DNA from: Candidatus Latescibacterota bacterium
GTDB taxonomy: Bacteria; Latescibacterota; UBA2968
DNA length: 64,000 nt
Assembly (NCBI GenBank): GCA_965204375.1
Contig: OZ241986.1
Location: 5,472,001 to 5,536,000 of the forward strand
Direction: 5' to 3'
This document shows, one piece after another, positions 55,092-64,000 of the stretch (its first letter is position 1; each line of letters starts with the position of its first letter). The notes under the pieces were generated by a model. That model made no database searches, was not told the DNA's origin, and was given only the letters and a program-made list of their open reading frames with translations. A program made the translations under genes and the position numbers.

Positions 55092-57083
55092 TCATTCCAC
55101 AATCTTGAGTCTGTTTTCTGCGTCGTACAGGCTATAGACTTTCTGTACCTGATCCAATTCCCTTTCTTCGATTTTTATGGTGAGTGGTCGAGGGGCAAGC
55201 AGTGAGAGGAGTCCTGGTCGCCCGATATGTCGGGCGATGTAGGGTACTACTCCTTCCTGTCGATAGCGCTGCTGGTGGTGCGGCTCAATTCCCCCTTTGG
55301 ATCCGAGGATGATTTTGGTTATTCGGTCATCCAGGATCGCCGCGTACAGGGCGATGTCATCGACGTGTCCATGGCAGGTTGCTTGCTGAATCCCTCGCTG
55401 TTTCAGGAGGTCCAATGCTTCGATTACGTGTTGTACATTGGCCGTTGTCGAAGGTTCTCCCAGCAGCATCCCACTGTCGTCCATGCCGACACAATCCAGA
55501 GCGAGGACGGTTGTGCCAGAAGCTATCAGGTGCCGCACTTCGTCCGTTTGCAGGGCGCCCTGTTTGGTGCGGCTCTGGTGGAGATAGAGGGCTGTATTTC
55601 CCGATGCATTTTTTGGGGTTAGTAGAAAGGATGAGAGGCCGAGGGCGCCGTAGCGAATTTCTTCTCCAGTAAATTCATCTTCTTCGAATGTTCGGATGGT
55701 TTCGGGTGAGATGCGCGGTCTGTTTTCGGGTACTGCGAGGACTTTTGCCACTGTTTCCCGCAGGGCTATCCGCTCGCGTTTCCAGTCTTTCAGTTTTTGG
55801 GGTATGTCCAGTTTGGGCGGTAATTCTTTCAAGATGGATGCCACCCATCCCCGCATCGCAAATTCCGGTGCTTCATAGCCTTTCGGCGGCAAGCAGGCGA
55901 GTTCGTCGGTCGGTACTGGTGCCACATTTAGATCGATGACCGCGGTTCCGGCGTAGTGCTTGTGGCTCTTATAGCCCGATTCGATGTCGATTCCGTGTGT
56001 ATCTGTCCAATCTCCCAGATAGACTTCTGGCAGTTGTTGTACTGCTTCTGCGTCGAATTTCGGCATGCCCAGGTGTTTTTCTACCCAGGCGAAGGCGGGT
56101 TTGTTGAGGAAGTAGGGCCGGTGGCCGCCTTTTGGGGTGATGTGGATGTCGAACTGGTCCGGAATCCCGCAAATGTCATAGACCCGTCGCACTTGTCGGC
56201 AGGTTTCGAGTAGTCCACGATACGCATGGGGAGGATAGTCCCATTCCCCGGCGAGGATGAGCGTGGCGCACCGGGGGGCGCCCATCGCGATTTGTTCCGG
56301 CATATCGACATAGTGCTTGAGGCGATAGGGACGCCATTCGCAGCTCAGGTCGCCTACGATGTAGTCGAAATGGGTTACCCAGGAGGCGGGCAGGCTGAGG
56401 GCCAGGCGGTCGTCTGTGCAGAGGACGTTCATGGTGATGGTGCAGCCGAGTGAGTGGCCCACACAGCCGATTCGATCGGTATCTACTTCGGGACGGGTGC
56501 AGAGGTAGTCGATGCCGCGGATGATGTCGTAGGTCATTTTGCCGATGACTGAGCGGCCCACTTCAAAGCATCGGTCGATCCTGAAGTCCAGACGGTGGCC
56601 GCGTATTCCCGGGCGGTTTTCTTCGTCCCGTTCTTCTTCGCCCACCGGGTCGGGGATCAGGCAGATGATCCCCGCTTTGGCGTATATCTGGCCCGCGTAG
56701 TGGTTGTAGAACGCGCTTTTGCTCCCGCCGTGTCCGCTGGGGAAGATGAGGGCCGGGACCGGAAAGGTTACGCCTTTTGGCAGGAAGAGGTGGGCGGGTA
56801 CAGAGGATCCCGGTTCGGCGTCGTAGATGACTTTTTCAATGGTGAAGTCGTCTCTTTCGATTTTCCCGACTGTGCGAGGATAGAGGGGGCCGCCGGTTTC
56901 GGGGAAGTCGAAGATTGCGCGGAGGATGGGGCGCAGTTTGGCGGTGTGAGTTTCCCATTCTTCCCGGGTGCGGGGGAAGGCGTCGCCGATCCGCTGTTCG
57001 GGGAGTGCTGCGAGTTTTTCCCGCAGGTAGGCCACGTATTGAGCCTGTACTTTTGCGTGGTCGGGATGTCTTTGTATGTTCAT
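55092..57083 (-). CDS. Alpha/beta hydrolase (acetyl xylan esterase/dienelactone hydrolase-like, tandem domains)
   Basis: IEKVIY, GHGGSK, GEEER, IDYLCTRPEVD, GHSLG nucleophile motif. Confidence 0.8.
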   Translation of the reverse strand: MNIQRHPDHAKVQAQYVAYLREKLAALPEQRIGDAFPRTREEWETHTAKLRPILRAIFDFPETGGPLYPRTVGKIERDDFTIEKVIYDAEPGSSVPAHLFLPKGVTFPVPALIFPSGHGGSKSAFYNHYAGQIYAKAGIICLIPDPVGEEERDEENRPGIRGHRLDFRIDRCFEVGRSVIGKMTYDIIRGIDYLCTRPEVDTDRIGCVGHSLGCTITMNVLCTDDRLALSLPASWVTHFDYIVGDLSCEWRPYRLKHYVDMPEQIAMGAPRCATLILAGEWDYPPHAYRGLLETCRQVRRVYDICGIPDQFDIHITPKGGHRPYFLNKPAFAWVEKHLGMPKFDAEAVQQLPEVYLGDWTDTHGIDIESGYKSHKHYAGTAVIDLNVAPVPTDELACLPPKGYEAPEFAMRGWVASILKELPPKLDIPQKLKDWKRERIALRETVAKVLAVPENRPRISPETIRTFEEDEFTGEEIRYGALGLSSFLLTPKNASGNTALYLHQSRTKQGALQTDEVRHLIASGTTVLALDCVGMDDSGMLLGEPSTTANVQHVIEALDLLKQRGIQQATCHGHVDDIALYAAILDDRITKIILGSKGGIEPHHQQRYRQEGVVPYIARHIGRPGLLSLLAPRPLTIKIEERELDQVQKVYSLYDAENRLKIVE

Positions 57084-57263
57084 GGTGATCACCTTTCGAG
57101 GAAGAAGTTCCGGGAACAAGAAAATCGGATGTAAACCCGATGGCAATAAAAAAATGTCGCTTTCGATTTGATTTCTGCTTGATTTGTTTTTCTGGGATTA
57201 CGATTTTAGGAGATGAGGTCGATACGGGTTCTTTTAACACTGATCAGAGAAGGATTATCCGAT

Positions 57264-58025
57264 ATGGCAGAACGCAAGAAGTTGTTGATTACGGGGGCAG
57301 CGGGCAAGATTGGGACGGCACTGCGCAAGCATTTGCGGCATCGGTACGATTTTCGGTTGATGTTTCATTCTCAGATTCCGGACGATCTGGACGAGAAGGA
57401 CGAGGTGGTGGTTTCGGATATTTCCAATTTTGAGGCTATGGTGGAGGCCGCTGCCGGGGTGGATGCAATTGCCCATCTGGCTCTTTTTAGAACCTGGCAG
57501 GGGATGCCAAATGCACAGAGGGCGCAGGTGACGTTTGATGTGGATATGAAGGGAACGTATAATATCTACGAGGCAGCGCGGATTAATCGGGTGCCGACGG
57601 TGGTCTATGCGAGTACGAATCATGTGACCGGTATGAATGAGAAGGAGGGCATTCGTTCGGAGCCGGACAAACCGGTGCGTCCGGATGGGATTTACGGGGC
57701 TGGCAAGGCGTTTGGAGAGGCTCTGGGACGGTTTTACGCCGATCAGTACGGGATCCGGGTGTTCTGTTTGCGGATTGCCAATTTCAATGGGCTGGATGAA
57801 CCGGGACGGGATTATGAACCGGGGCAGTCCCGGTGGTTCAGTCCCCGGGATATCGCTCAGATGACCTGGCGGTGTATCGAGGCAGAGGATTTGAAGTTTG
57901 AGATTTTTTATGGGGTGTCTCGGGGTGGCGAGGAGAAGTGGGATTTGTCCAATGCGCGGGAACTGATAGGGTTCGATCCGGAAGACGACGGTTCTTTGCC
58001 GGAGCATCGGGCGAAGTATAAATGA
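57264..58025 (+). CDS. NAD-dependent epimerase/dehydrogenase (uronate dehydrogenase-like)
   Basis: ITGAAGKIG, YASTNHVTG, PDGIYGAGK (YxxxK), W.SPRD. Confidence 0.85.
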   Translation: MAERKKLLITGAAGKIGTALRKHLRHRYDFRLMFHSQIPDDLDEKDEVVVSDISNFEAMVEAAAGVDAIAHLALFRTWQGMPNAQRAQVTFDVDMKGTYNIYEAARINRVPTVVYASTNHVTGMNEKEGIRSEPDKPVRPDGIYGAGKAFGEALGRFYADQYGIRVFCLRIANFNGLDEPGRDYEPGQSRWFSPRDIAQMTWRCIEAEDLKFEIFYGVSRGGEEKWDLSNARELIGFDPEDDGSLPEHRAKYK

Positions 58026-58035
58026 GGAAAATTTT

Positions 58036-58803
58036 ATGACTGACGAAGAGAGATACTTGTTCGACCTCCAGGGCTATCTGGTGCTCCGCGGCGTGCTGAC
58101 GCAGCAGGAGGTGGATGAACTGAATGAGATCTCGGATCGGGTATATCCCAGGGATTACTCGGATGGCAATGATTCCAAAGGGCGTCGCGGTATTCGCAAT
58201 GTCCGCTATGTCTCCCGGTGGGATCCAGCTTGCCAGCGGTTGATAGATCATCCGAGGATTGTGCCGATTCTGGCGGAGTTTCTCGGTCCCAAGTTCCGCA
58301 TTGATCACGATTACGCCATGTTTATGAATGCCGGCAGCGATAGCGGAAATCTGCACGGTTTGCCGGAACTGGGGACGCATCGATACTTCCACTATCTGGA
58401 TGGGCAGGTGCGGACGGGTCTAACTGTCGTGACCTTTATGCTGGCTCCAGCCGGGGCGGGAGATGGTGGGTTTGTATGTATTCCGGGTAGCCACAAGGGC
58501 AATTTTCCTCAGAATCTGCCAGAGGATGTGCGCACGCTGAAGAGGGTGCCGCCCTATGTGGTACAGCCCGAGGTGGATGCAGGCGATGTGGTTATTTTTA
58601 CCGAGGCGTTGACCCACGGGACGAAGGGTTGGCGCGGCACCCACGAACGGCGTGCCTTTCTCTACAAATTCAATCCGGGACACATGGCCAACCATCAGTC
58701 GTCCTACGATCCGGCGAACTATTTCGAGCCTACGCCACAGCAACGACGGATTATGGGTGCCCCGTCGGTTGGCAGTCGGCCCAATGTGATTGCTCCGTTA
58801 TAG
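58036..58803 (+). CDS. PhyH-family dioxygenase-like protein lacking the HxD acid
   Basis: FDLQGYL, LHGL, GGFVCIPGSHK, AGDVVIFTEALTHGT, RR. Confidence 0.8.
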   Translation: MTDEERYLFDLQGYLVLRGVLTQQEVDELNEISDRVYPRDYSDGNDSKGRRGIRNVRYVSRWDPACQRLIDHPRIVPILAEFLGPKFRIDHDYAMFMNAGSDSGNLHGLPELGTHRYFHYLDGQVRTGLTVVTFMLAPAGAGDGGFVCIPGSHKGNFPQNLPEDVRTLKRVPPYVVQPEVDAGDVVIFTEALTHGTKGWRGTHERRAFLYKFNPGHMANHQSSYDPANYFEPTPQQRRIMGAPSVGSRPNVIAPL

Positions 58804-60022
58804 GTGCTGCGTTGAAGTAATCCTCATTTCCAAAATGGGGAAACATTCCGAATCCCGTTTCCCTGTCTCGCTGTTCCCACACCAGGCCGGTTTCGCAATA
58901 GCTCAGCGATCCGTGCGCTGGGGGTGAAAACTCGGGATGTCCCAGTAAGTCGCTTCGGAACCAGACGCTCCGGTGCTGAAAACAAACTCCCTTTTCCAGA
59001 TTTTCTCGCATAAATTCAACGATGTGAGGAAAGGTGCGCTGGAATTCCGTGCCCCGCCCGTATTCGATGTGTGCTTTTAGCTCCTTCCCCGCGGTCTGTA
59101 TCTCTCCCATTGACATCGGTATCCCATTTTCTATAAATAGCGCGTCCGTATTCGGATCTACCACTACCCACTTGTCCAGGTGATCGAACCAGACTTCCGC
59201 TACAAAATGTCCGTTGAAGCTGTTCACCGCTTCTGTCAATACTGCGCATCGGGCTGGAATGCCGATAGCTTGTGCGCAACTCACAAATGCCGCTGCATAG
59301 TGTACACACATTGCCACTGGCCGTTTTCCATTGTGTCCAATCTGTCCCGGAGCCCAGGCCAACAGGGTTTCGGCATCCCACGGCGCGTATTGTTCTGCTC
59401 TTGCCGAACCGGTGTGTTCCCAACTGGATGCCAGATAGGACGATAATGCGCGTACCCGTTTGATTAACGGTCCTTCATCGCGTGCAGCAGGCGGTAGCAT
59501 TTGTCTCAGGGATTCAAATCTGGGTGAGTCCGCATTTTCCCATACCATCGGGGGCGGTGGGGGATCTTCTCCTTCGGCCAATCTGACCCGAATGACGTAT
59601 TCACCCAGAACTGCGTTCAGATATCCCATTCGCTCACTGCGCCAGGTCTGCCCGCTATCATCGCTTACCGCGCTATCTGGCGCGGGATGTCCCGCTTCCA
59701 TTGCAAGTGACCAGCCGGCCATTGCCGTGTGGTCGGTCCACAGTTCAAAGGTGTTCTCGCCTTCTTTCAGTTTTTCCACTGAGAATTCATACCATGAATA
59801 TGCGCCGCGCTGCATCGGTTTTAGTGCGACAACTTTCGCACCATTTACTGACACCCGCAAGGGTGCGTCGTTTTCCGGATAGGGTCGGGCGAGAATATAA
59901 ACTGTTCCCGGCGCGTTCGTCGCGGGCAATGTGAGCGTTTTGCGCGCCCGCCGAAAGATCGTTAATTCTTCGCAAAGAGATGGCATCACCCGCCCTTCTT
60001 CGCTGTAGTATAATCGGCTCAT
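58751..60022 (-). CDS. Transglutaminase-like (Cys-His-Asp) domain protein
   Basis: AMCVHYA, GIPAR, GHFVAEVW, WVVVDP. Confidence 0.75.
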   Translation of the reverse strand: MSRLYYSEEGRVMPSLCEELTIFRRARKTLTLPATNAPGTVYILARPYPENDAPLRVSVNGAKVVALKPMQRGAYSWYEFSVEKLKEGENTFELWTDHTAMAGWSLAMEAGHPAPDSAVSDDSGQTWRSERMGYLNAVLGEYVIRVRLAEGEDPPPPPMVWENADSPRFESLRQMLPPAARDEGPLIKRVRALSSYLASSWEHTGSARAEQYAPWDAETLLAWAPGQIGHNGKRPVAMCVHYAAAFVSCAQAIGIPARCAVLTEAVNSFNGHFVAEVWFDHLDKWVVVDPNTDALFIENGIPMSMGEIQTAGKELKAHIEYGRGTEFQRTFPHIVEFMRENLEKGVCFQHRSVWFRSDLLGHPEFSPPAHGSLSYCETGLVWEQRDRETGFGMFPHFGNEDYFNAAPITEQSHWADCQPTGHP

Positions 60023-60159
60023 GTAAATATCTCAAATCGCGTGTCGTTGGGATAGTAAAATAAAGATACCATATTTTTTTTCAAACGCTAAATTACACTC
60101 TGTTTGGTCAAGCTGTTTGACCAGTATGCGCGTTACACTTCTATTTGCGGGAGGATTGA

Positions 60160-61260
60160 ATGAGCAATGATCACGAAGACAGAGCATCGCGTATTCGCGT
60201 TACGGGATTGACTGCGATACCGATTGGGGTGAAGGGATATGTCAAGGTCGAGACGAATGCCGGGATTACGGGTTGGGGTGAGATCAACAATATGGAGACA
60301 AGGGTGACTTGCGCGCTTGCAGAGTCGCTTTCCGAGTTGATCATTGGAGAGAATCCCACCCGCACGGAGCACCTCTGGCAGCGGATGTTCCGCGCACATC
60401 GCAATATCCGCAACGGCGGTTTGATGGTTCACACGATTTCCGCGATTGATATGGCGCTGTGGGATATCTGTGGCAAGCTGCACGGGGTTCCGGTGTATCG
60501 CCTGTTGGGCGGTCCGTGTCGGGACAAGATATGGATGTATCCAAGTCCAAAGGCGATCAAGACCGGGCCGGGCGGCGCCCAGTATTTTGCGGGTACGCCT
60601 GCCGAGATTGAGGCAATTGTTCAGAAGATTAAAGATGCGAGAGAGAAGGTGGGGCACGACGGTGCCGTGATGTTCGATGCACATAGCTGCTTGCCACCGC
60701 CTCTGGTCAGGCAGTTTGCGGGCTATTTGAAGTCCGATGATTTGCTGTTTTTGGAAGAGGCGTGGGTGCCGGGGAATATAGAGAATATGAAGAAGGTTCG
60801 CGAGATGGTGCCGGTGCCCCTTGCGACGGGTGAGCGGGATCGCACGATCTGGGAGGTGCGGGAGATTTTGGAGGCGCAGGTGATCGATGTGCTTCAGCCA
60901 GATTGCGGTCACGGTGGGGGGATTACACAGATGAAGAAGGTGGCTGCACTCGCCGAGGCGCATTTTGTTCCCATTGCACCGCATTGTACGATGTCTCATC
61001 TGGGTTTGACGGCGAGCCTGCATGTGGCGTCGTCGGTGCCGATGTTTTTGATTCACGAGGGTTACGCGGGCGTGCTTCCCGAAGATGTGGCGATTAAGAC
61101 CTGGGAAATGGATGACGAAGGTTATGTGTCGTTGCCCGAGGGACCCGGGCTGGGCGTCGAGGTCAACGAAGCGCGCGCTATCGAAGTGGGTCAGAATCCA
61201 GCGCGTCCATTCGAGTGGCCGAATGCGAGGCTTCGGGATGGGGCGGTGTCGGATTATTGA
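60160..61260 (+). CDS. Mandelate racemase/muconate lactonizing family enzyme (galactonate dehydratase-like)
   Basis: SAIDMALWDI.GK, FDAH, FLEE, ATGER, QPD, APH, PGLGVE. Confidence 0.9.
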   Translation: MSNDHEDRASRIRVTGLTAIPIGVKGYVKVETNAGITGWGEINNMETRVTCALAESLSELIIGENPTRTEHLWQRMFRAHRNIRNGGLMVHTISAIDMALWDICGKLHGVPVYRLLGGPCRDKIWMYPSPKAIKTGPGGAQYFAGTPAEIEAIVQKIKDAREKVGHDGAVMFDAHSCLPPPLVRQFAGYLKSDDLLFLEEAWVPGNIENMKKVREMVPVPLATGERDRTIWEVREILEAQVIDVLQPDCGHGGGITQMKKVAALAEAHFVPIAPHCTMSHLGLTASLHVASSVPMFLIHEGYAGVLPEDVAIKTWEMDDEGYVSLPEGPGLGVEVNEARAIEVGQNPARPFEWPNARLRDGAVSDY

Positions 61261-61275
61261 TAGGGGAACAGGCTG

Positions 61276-62283
61276 ATGAGTACGGAAGCGAGGAAGATCT
61301 ACGACGAGGCGATTGTGATAGATGGTCTGAGCATTAGCAACTGGGAGAGCGACGCGGTGTTCAGGCGTTTGCGGGCCGGCAATATCACTGCTATCAATGC
61401 CACGGTGGCTACGTGGGAAAATTTTGTGCAGACGATGGCGCATCTATCGGCGTGGATGCGGCGCTTTCGCGAGCGCGATGACATCTTGCAGGTGAAAGAG
61501 ACAGCCGATATTTATGCTGCCAAAGAGCAGGGGAAGACCGGGATTATTCTCAGTTTTCAGAATGCTTCGCCCATAGAAAACGAGCTGGATCGTCTGGGGC
61601 TGTTTCTCGCCCTCGGCGTGCGCGTGATTCAATTGACCTATCACGAGACCAATTTGCTGGGTAGCGGTTGCTGGGAGCGGACCGATGGCGGTCTGAGCAA
61701 TTTTGGCGTGGATGCGGTGCGCGAAATGAACCGGCTCGGTATTGTTATCGATTTGTCGCATGTCGGTCCGAAAACGACGATGGACGCCATTGAGATGTCC
61801 GAGCAGCCGGTCGCCATCACCCATGCCAATGCGCGCAGTTTTTGCGGTCATCCGCGCAATAAGGAAGAAGATGCGCTCAAGCTGCTCGCGGAGAAGGGGG
61901 GCGTTGTGGGTGCCACGTCCTTTGCGAATTTTCTTCCCAGGGGATTCGATTCGACTGTCGAGGATTTTGTCGATGCTATCGACGATATGGTGGAGCGGGT
62001 CGGTATTGATCACGTGGCTATTGGGACCGATTCCACACACGATCAGCCGCTCGAGTTCTGGCATTATATCGGTTCGCAGCAGGGCACGAAGTTTCCCTCG
62101 ACTTTTGCCGATGGCTCGGTGCCATACACCGAACTGAGCTTTCAGCCGAAGGGGATTGACAGCCCGGCAGAGTTTCCCAATCTGGCAGAGGCTCTCGTCA
62201 ATCGCGGGTACAGCGCCGAGGATATCACTAAGCTGTTGGGCGGAAATTGGATGAATTTGTTCGAGCGGGTGTGGAATGTTTGA
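61276..62283 (+). CDS. Membrane dipeptidase family (M19) protein
   Basis: GVRVIQLTY, MNRLGIVIDLSH, THAN, HPRNK, HVAIGTD, LLGGNW. Confidence 0.9.
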   Translation: MSTEARKIYDEAIVIDGLSISNWESDAVFRRLRAGNITAINATVATWENFVQTMAHLSAWMRRFRERDDILQVKETADIYAAKEQGKTGIILSFQNASPIENELDRLGLFLALGVRVIQLTYHETNLLGSGCWERTDGGLSNFGVDAVREMNRLGIVIDLSHVGPKTTMDAIEMSEQPVAITHANARSFCGHPRNKEEDALKLLAEKGGVVGATSFANFLPRGFDSTVEDFVDAIDDMVERVGIDHVAIGTDSTHDQPLEFWHYIGSQQGTKFPSTFADGSVPYTELSFQPKGIDSPAEFPNLAEALVNRGYSAEDITKLLGGNWMNLFERVWNV

Positions 62284-62299
62284 TGTAGGGGGTCACGAT

Positions 62300-63103
62300 A
62301 TGAAAGTAGGTGTGTACGCTTCAATGTTCGGGAAGGATGATCCTCCACGTCTGGAGAGCGTGGAAAGCTATATCCAACTGGCGTATCAATTGAAGCTGGA
62401 TGTGATAGATTTCCACAGCGGACGGGGATTCCGGTCGAAGCAACCGGCGTACTTGCTCGAGGTGAAGATGCGGTGTCTCCAGTACGGGCTGTCAATCGGG
62501 TACCTGGCTTCGGGTGGGCATTTTGTGGGGTCCGATGCAGAACTGGCAGAGAAACTGGCCCAGGCGAGAGCAGATGTGGATACGGCGGCGTTTATAGGTG
62601 CGCCTATGATCCGGCTGTTTTGTGGGCCGCCGCTGAAGGATGCCGAAGCGCAGAAAAGGGAGATCCGGTGTTTTCAGGATGCAGCCGATTATGCCGCAGA
62701 GAGGGGGATTGTTGTGGGGCTACAGAACCATCCTTCTACGGGGGAAGATGTGCTGCGGATTCTGGAACAGACAGATCGGGACAATTTTACGCTTATTATG
62801 GACACCGGACAGTGGGTCGGGTCGCCCGCGCGGAATCAGGGGGTGCCGGATCCAGAGGTGGATATCTATGCGTTTATGGAACAGACAGCGCCATATACGG
62901 CCCATGTCCGGGCCAAGTTTTATAAGATTGATACGGGCGAGGAGATGTGGCTGGATTATCCGCGGATTATTCAGATCCTGAAGGATGTGGATTTCAATGG
63001 CACGGTTTCGGTGGTCTTTGAAGGCAAGGATTTGAATGCGTGCGACGATACAGAGGTGATCCGGCTGGCGGTTGCCCACCTGCGGGCGGTGATTGCAGGT
63101 TGA
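62300..63103 (+). CDS. Sugar phosphate isomerase/epimerase (xylose isomerase-like TIM barrel)
   Basis: IRLFCG, GLQNH, MDTG, HVRAK, VSVVFEG. Confidence 0.8.
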   Translation: MKVGVYASMFGKDDPPRLESVESYIQLAYQLKLDVIDFHSGRGFRSKQPAYLLEVKMRCLQYGLSIGYLASGGHFVGSDAELAEKLAQARADVDTAAFIGAPMIRLFCGPPLKDAEAQKREIRCFQDAADYAAERGIVVGLQNHPSTGEDVLRILEQTDRDNFTLIMDTGQWVGSPARNQGVPDPEVDIYAFMEQTAPYTAHVRAKFYKIDTGEEMWLDYPRIIQILKDVDFNGTVSVVFEGKDLNACDDTEVIRLAVAHLRAVIAG

Positions 63104-63164
63104 ACATCTTTTAATACTTTTCTCCATACTTTTTGACGATGAATAGCCAAGGAGGTCAGGGTTT

Positions 63165-64000
63165 ATGAAAAAGAGACCTGTTACAGCAACCCCATCCGAA
63201 ATTATTGTCGAGCAACTCGCCGCGCTGGGCGTGCAGTATGTGTTTAACAACTCTGGCTCTCGAGAGGCTCTTTTTTTTGACGCGCTCCACATAAATTCCA
63301 ATGTTCACGGTATTTTGGGGCTTCACGAGGGTAGTGTGGCCGCGATGGCGGGGGGATATACGCAGGGGAATCTCGATCCGGCTGTGATGGTTGTCCATCT
63401 GGGCGCCGGTCTGGCGCAGTGTTTGGGGCAGTTGATCAATGTCTGGAGTGGAAGTCTGCCCGTTGTGGTGCTCACGTTTGCGGGGGATACGGGGAGTTAT
63501 GGAGACCGGGTGGGTCTGGATTTGACGCACAATGTGGGGCCGACTTCGATTGCGGAGCCTTTTACCAAGGCGAGCTGGACGGTGATTGAATCGGATGGCT
63601 TGCCACAGGCGATTGAGCGCGCGCTGCGCGTTGCCAAAACACCGCCGGTCGGTCCGGTTCACCTCGCTGTTTACGATCGGTTGCTCGGAAATGATATGGT
63701 GAGTGCAGAGATTATTGAGGGAGAGATTCAGTCCGTGCGGGCGGGTTATCCGGCAGATGATGATGTCGAAGCCGTTATTCGCGCGCTGTCCGATGCCCAG
63801 CGTCCGTTGTTTTATGTGGGGGACGGTATTTGGAAGAGTGGGGCAGAGGCGCGAGTTATGGCGTTGGCAGAGCAGTATGGATGCCCGATTGCGGGTACAT
63901 GGACCGAGATGCGCAGGACTCCGCAAAGCCACAGTCTGCACTGTGGGCGGATCGCAGAGGCTATTGCGGAGGTGTCACCCGATCTGATTGTGTGCATTGG
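63165..64000 (+). CDS. Thiamine pyrophosphate-dependent enzyme (partial, runs off window)
   Basis: Manual translation MKKRPVTATPSEIIVEQLAALGVQYVFNNSGSRE...LGLHEGSVAAMAGGY...GPVHL; AGGAGG RBS. Confidence 0.85.
   Translation, partial: MKKRPVTATPSEIIVEQLAALGVQYVFNNSGSREALFFDALHINSNVHGILGLHEGSVAAMAGGYTQGNLDPAVMVVHLGAGLAQCLGQLINVWSGSLPVVVLTFAGDTGSYGDRVGLDLTHNVGPTSIAEPFTKASWTVIESDGLPQAIERALRVAKTPPVGPVHLAVYDRLLGNDMVSAEIIEGEIQSVRAGYPADDDVEAVIRALSDAQRPLFYVGDGIWKSGAEARVMALAEQYGCPIAGTWTEMRRTPQSHSLHCGRIAEAIAEVSPDLIVCI

Noticed and set aside
60133-61443. Long antisense ORFs (436 aa here; also 42492-43649, 11118-12071, 293-1219)
   Set aside because: Shadows of well-supported + strand genes with no recognisable motifs

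Overview
This is a bacterial window, about 53% GC by eye, with a G/T-rich + strand. Nine PhyH-type dioxygenases, sulfatases, TonB/PorV-like and SusC/D outer-membrane genes suggest a Latescibacterota/Poribacteria-like, possibly sponge-associated organism (inference only). 1-8.8 kb holds an outer-membrane locus: beta-barrel tail, TonB-dependent receptor, large secreted protein with a T9SS-CTD-like end, PorV-like barrel and a lipoprotein. 9-14 kb is DUF1800-DUF1501-DUF1800. 14-24 kb is a sulfatase/PhyH array interspersed with REPs, short tandem repeats and toxin-antitoxin (TA) modules. 24.5-39.4 kb is a defence island: Type III-like Res and Mod separated by Fic and a low-GC membrane protein, then a candidate HEPN protein and a PARIS-like ATPase + DUF4435 pair whose second gene is split by an IS1380 element. 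39.4-64 kb holds more PhyH/oxidoreductases, an RND pump, SusC/D, pyrE and catabolic enzymes. The most notable signal is that the defence cargo genes are delimited by recurring DNA parts: a promoter element in three copies, permuted fragments of a neighbouring antitoxin gene, and duplicated antitoxin tails whose toxins are cut off after a few codons. This suggests a modular, exchangeable defence-cassette array. No rRNA, tRNA or CRISPR array was recognised. All family calls are from motif recognition, not database searches.
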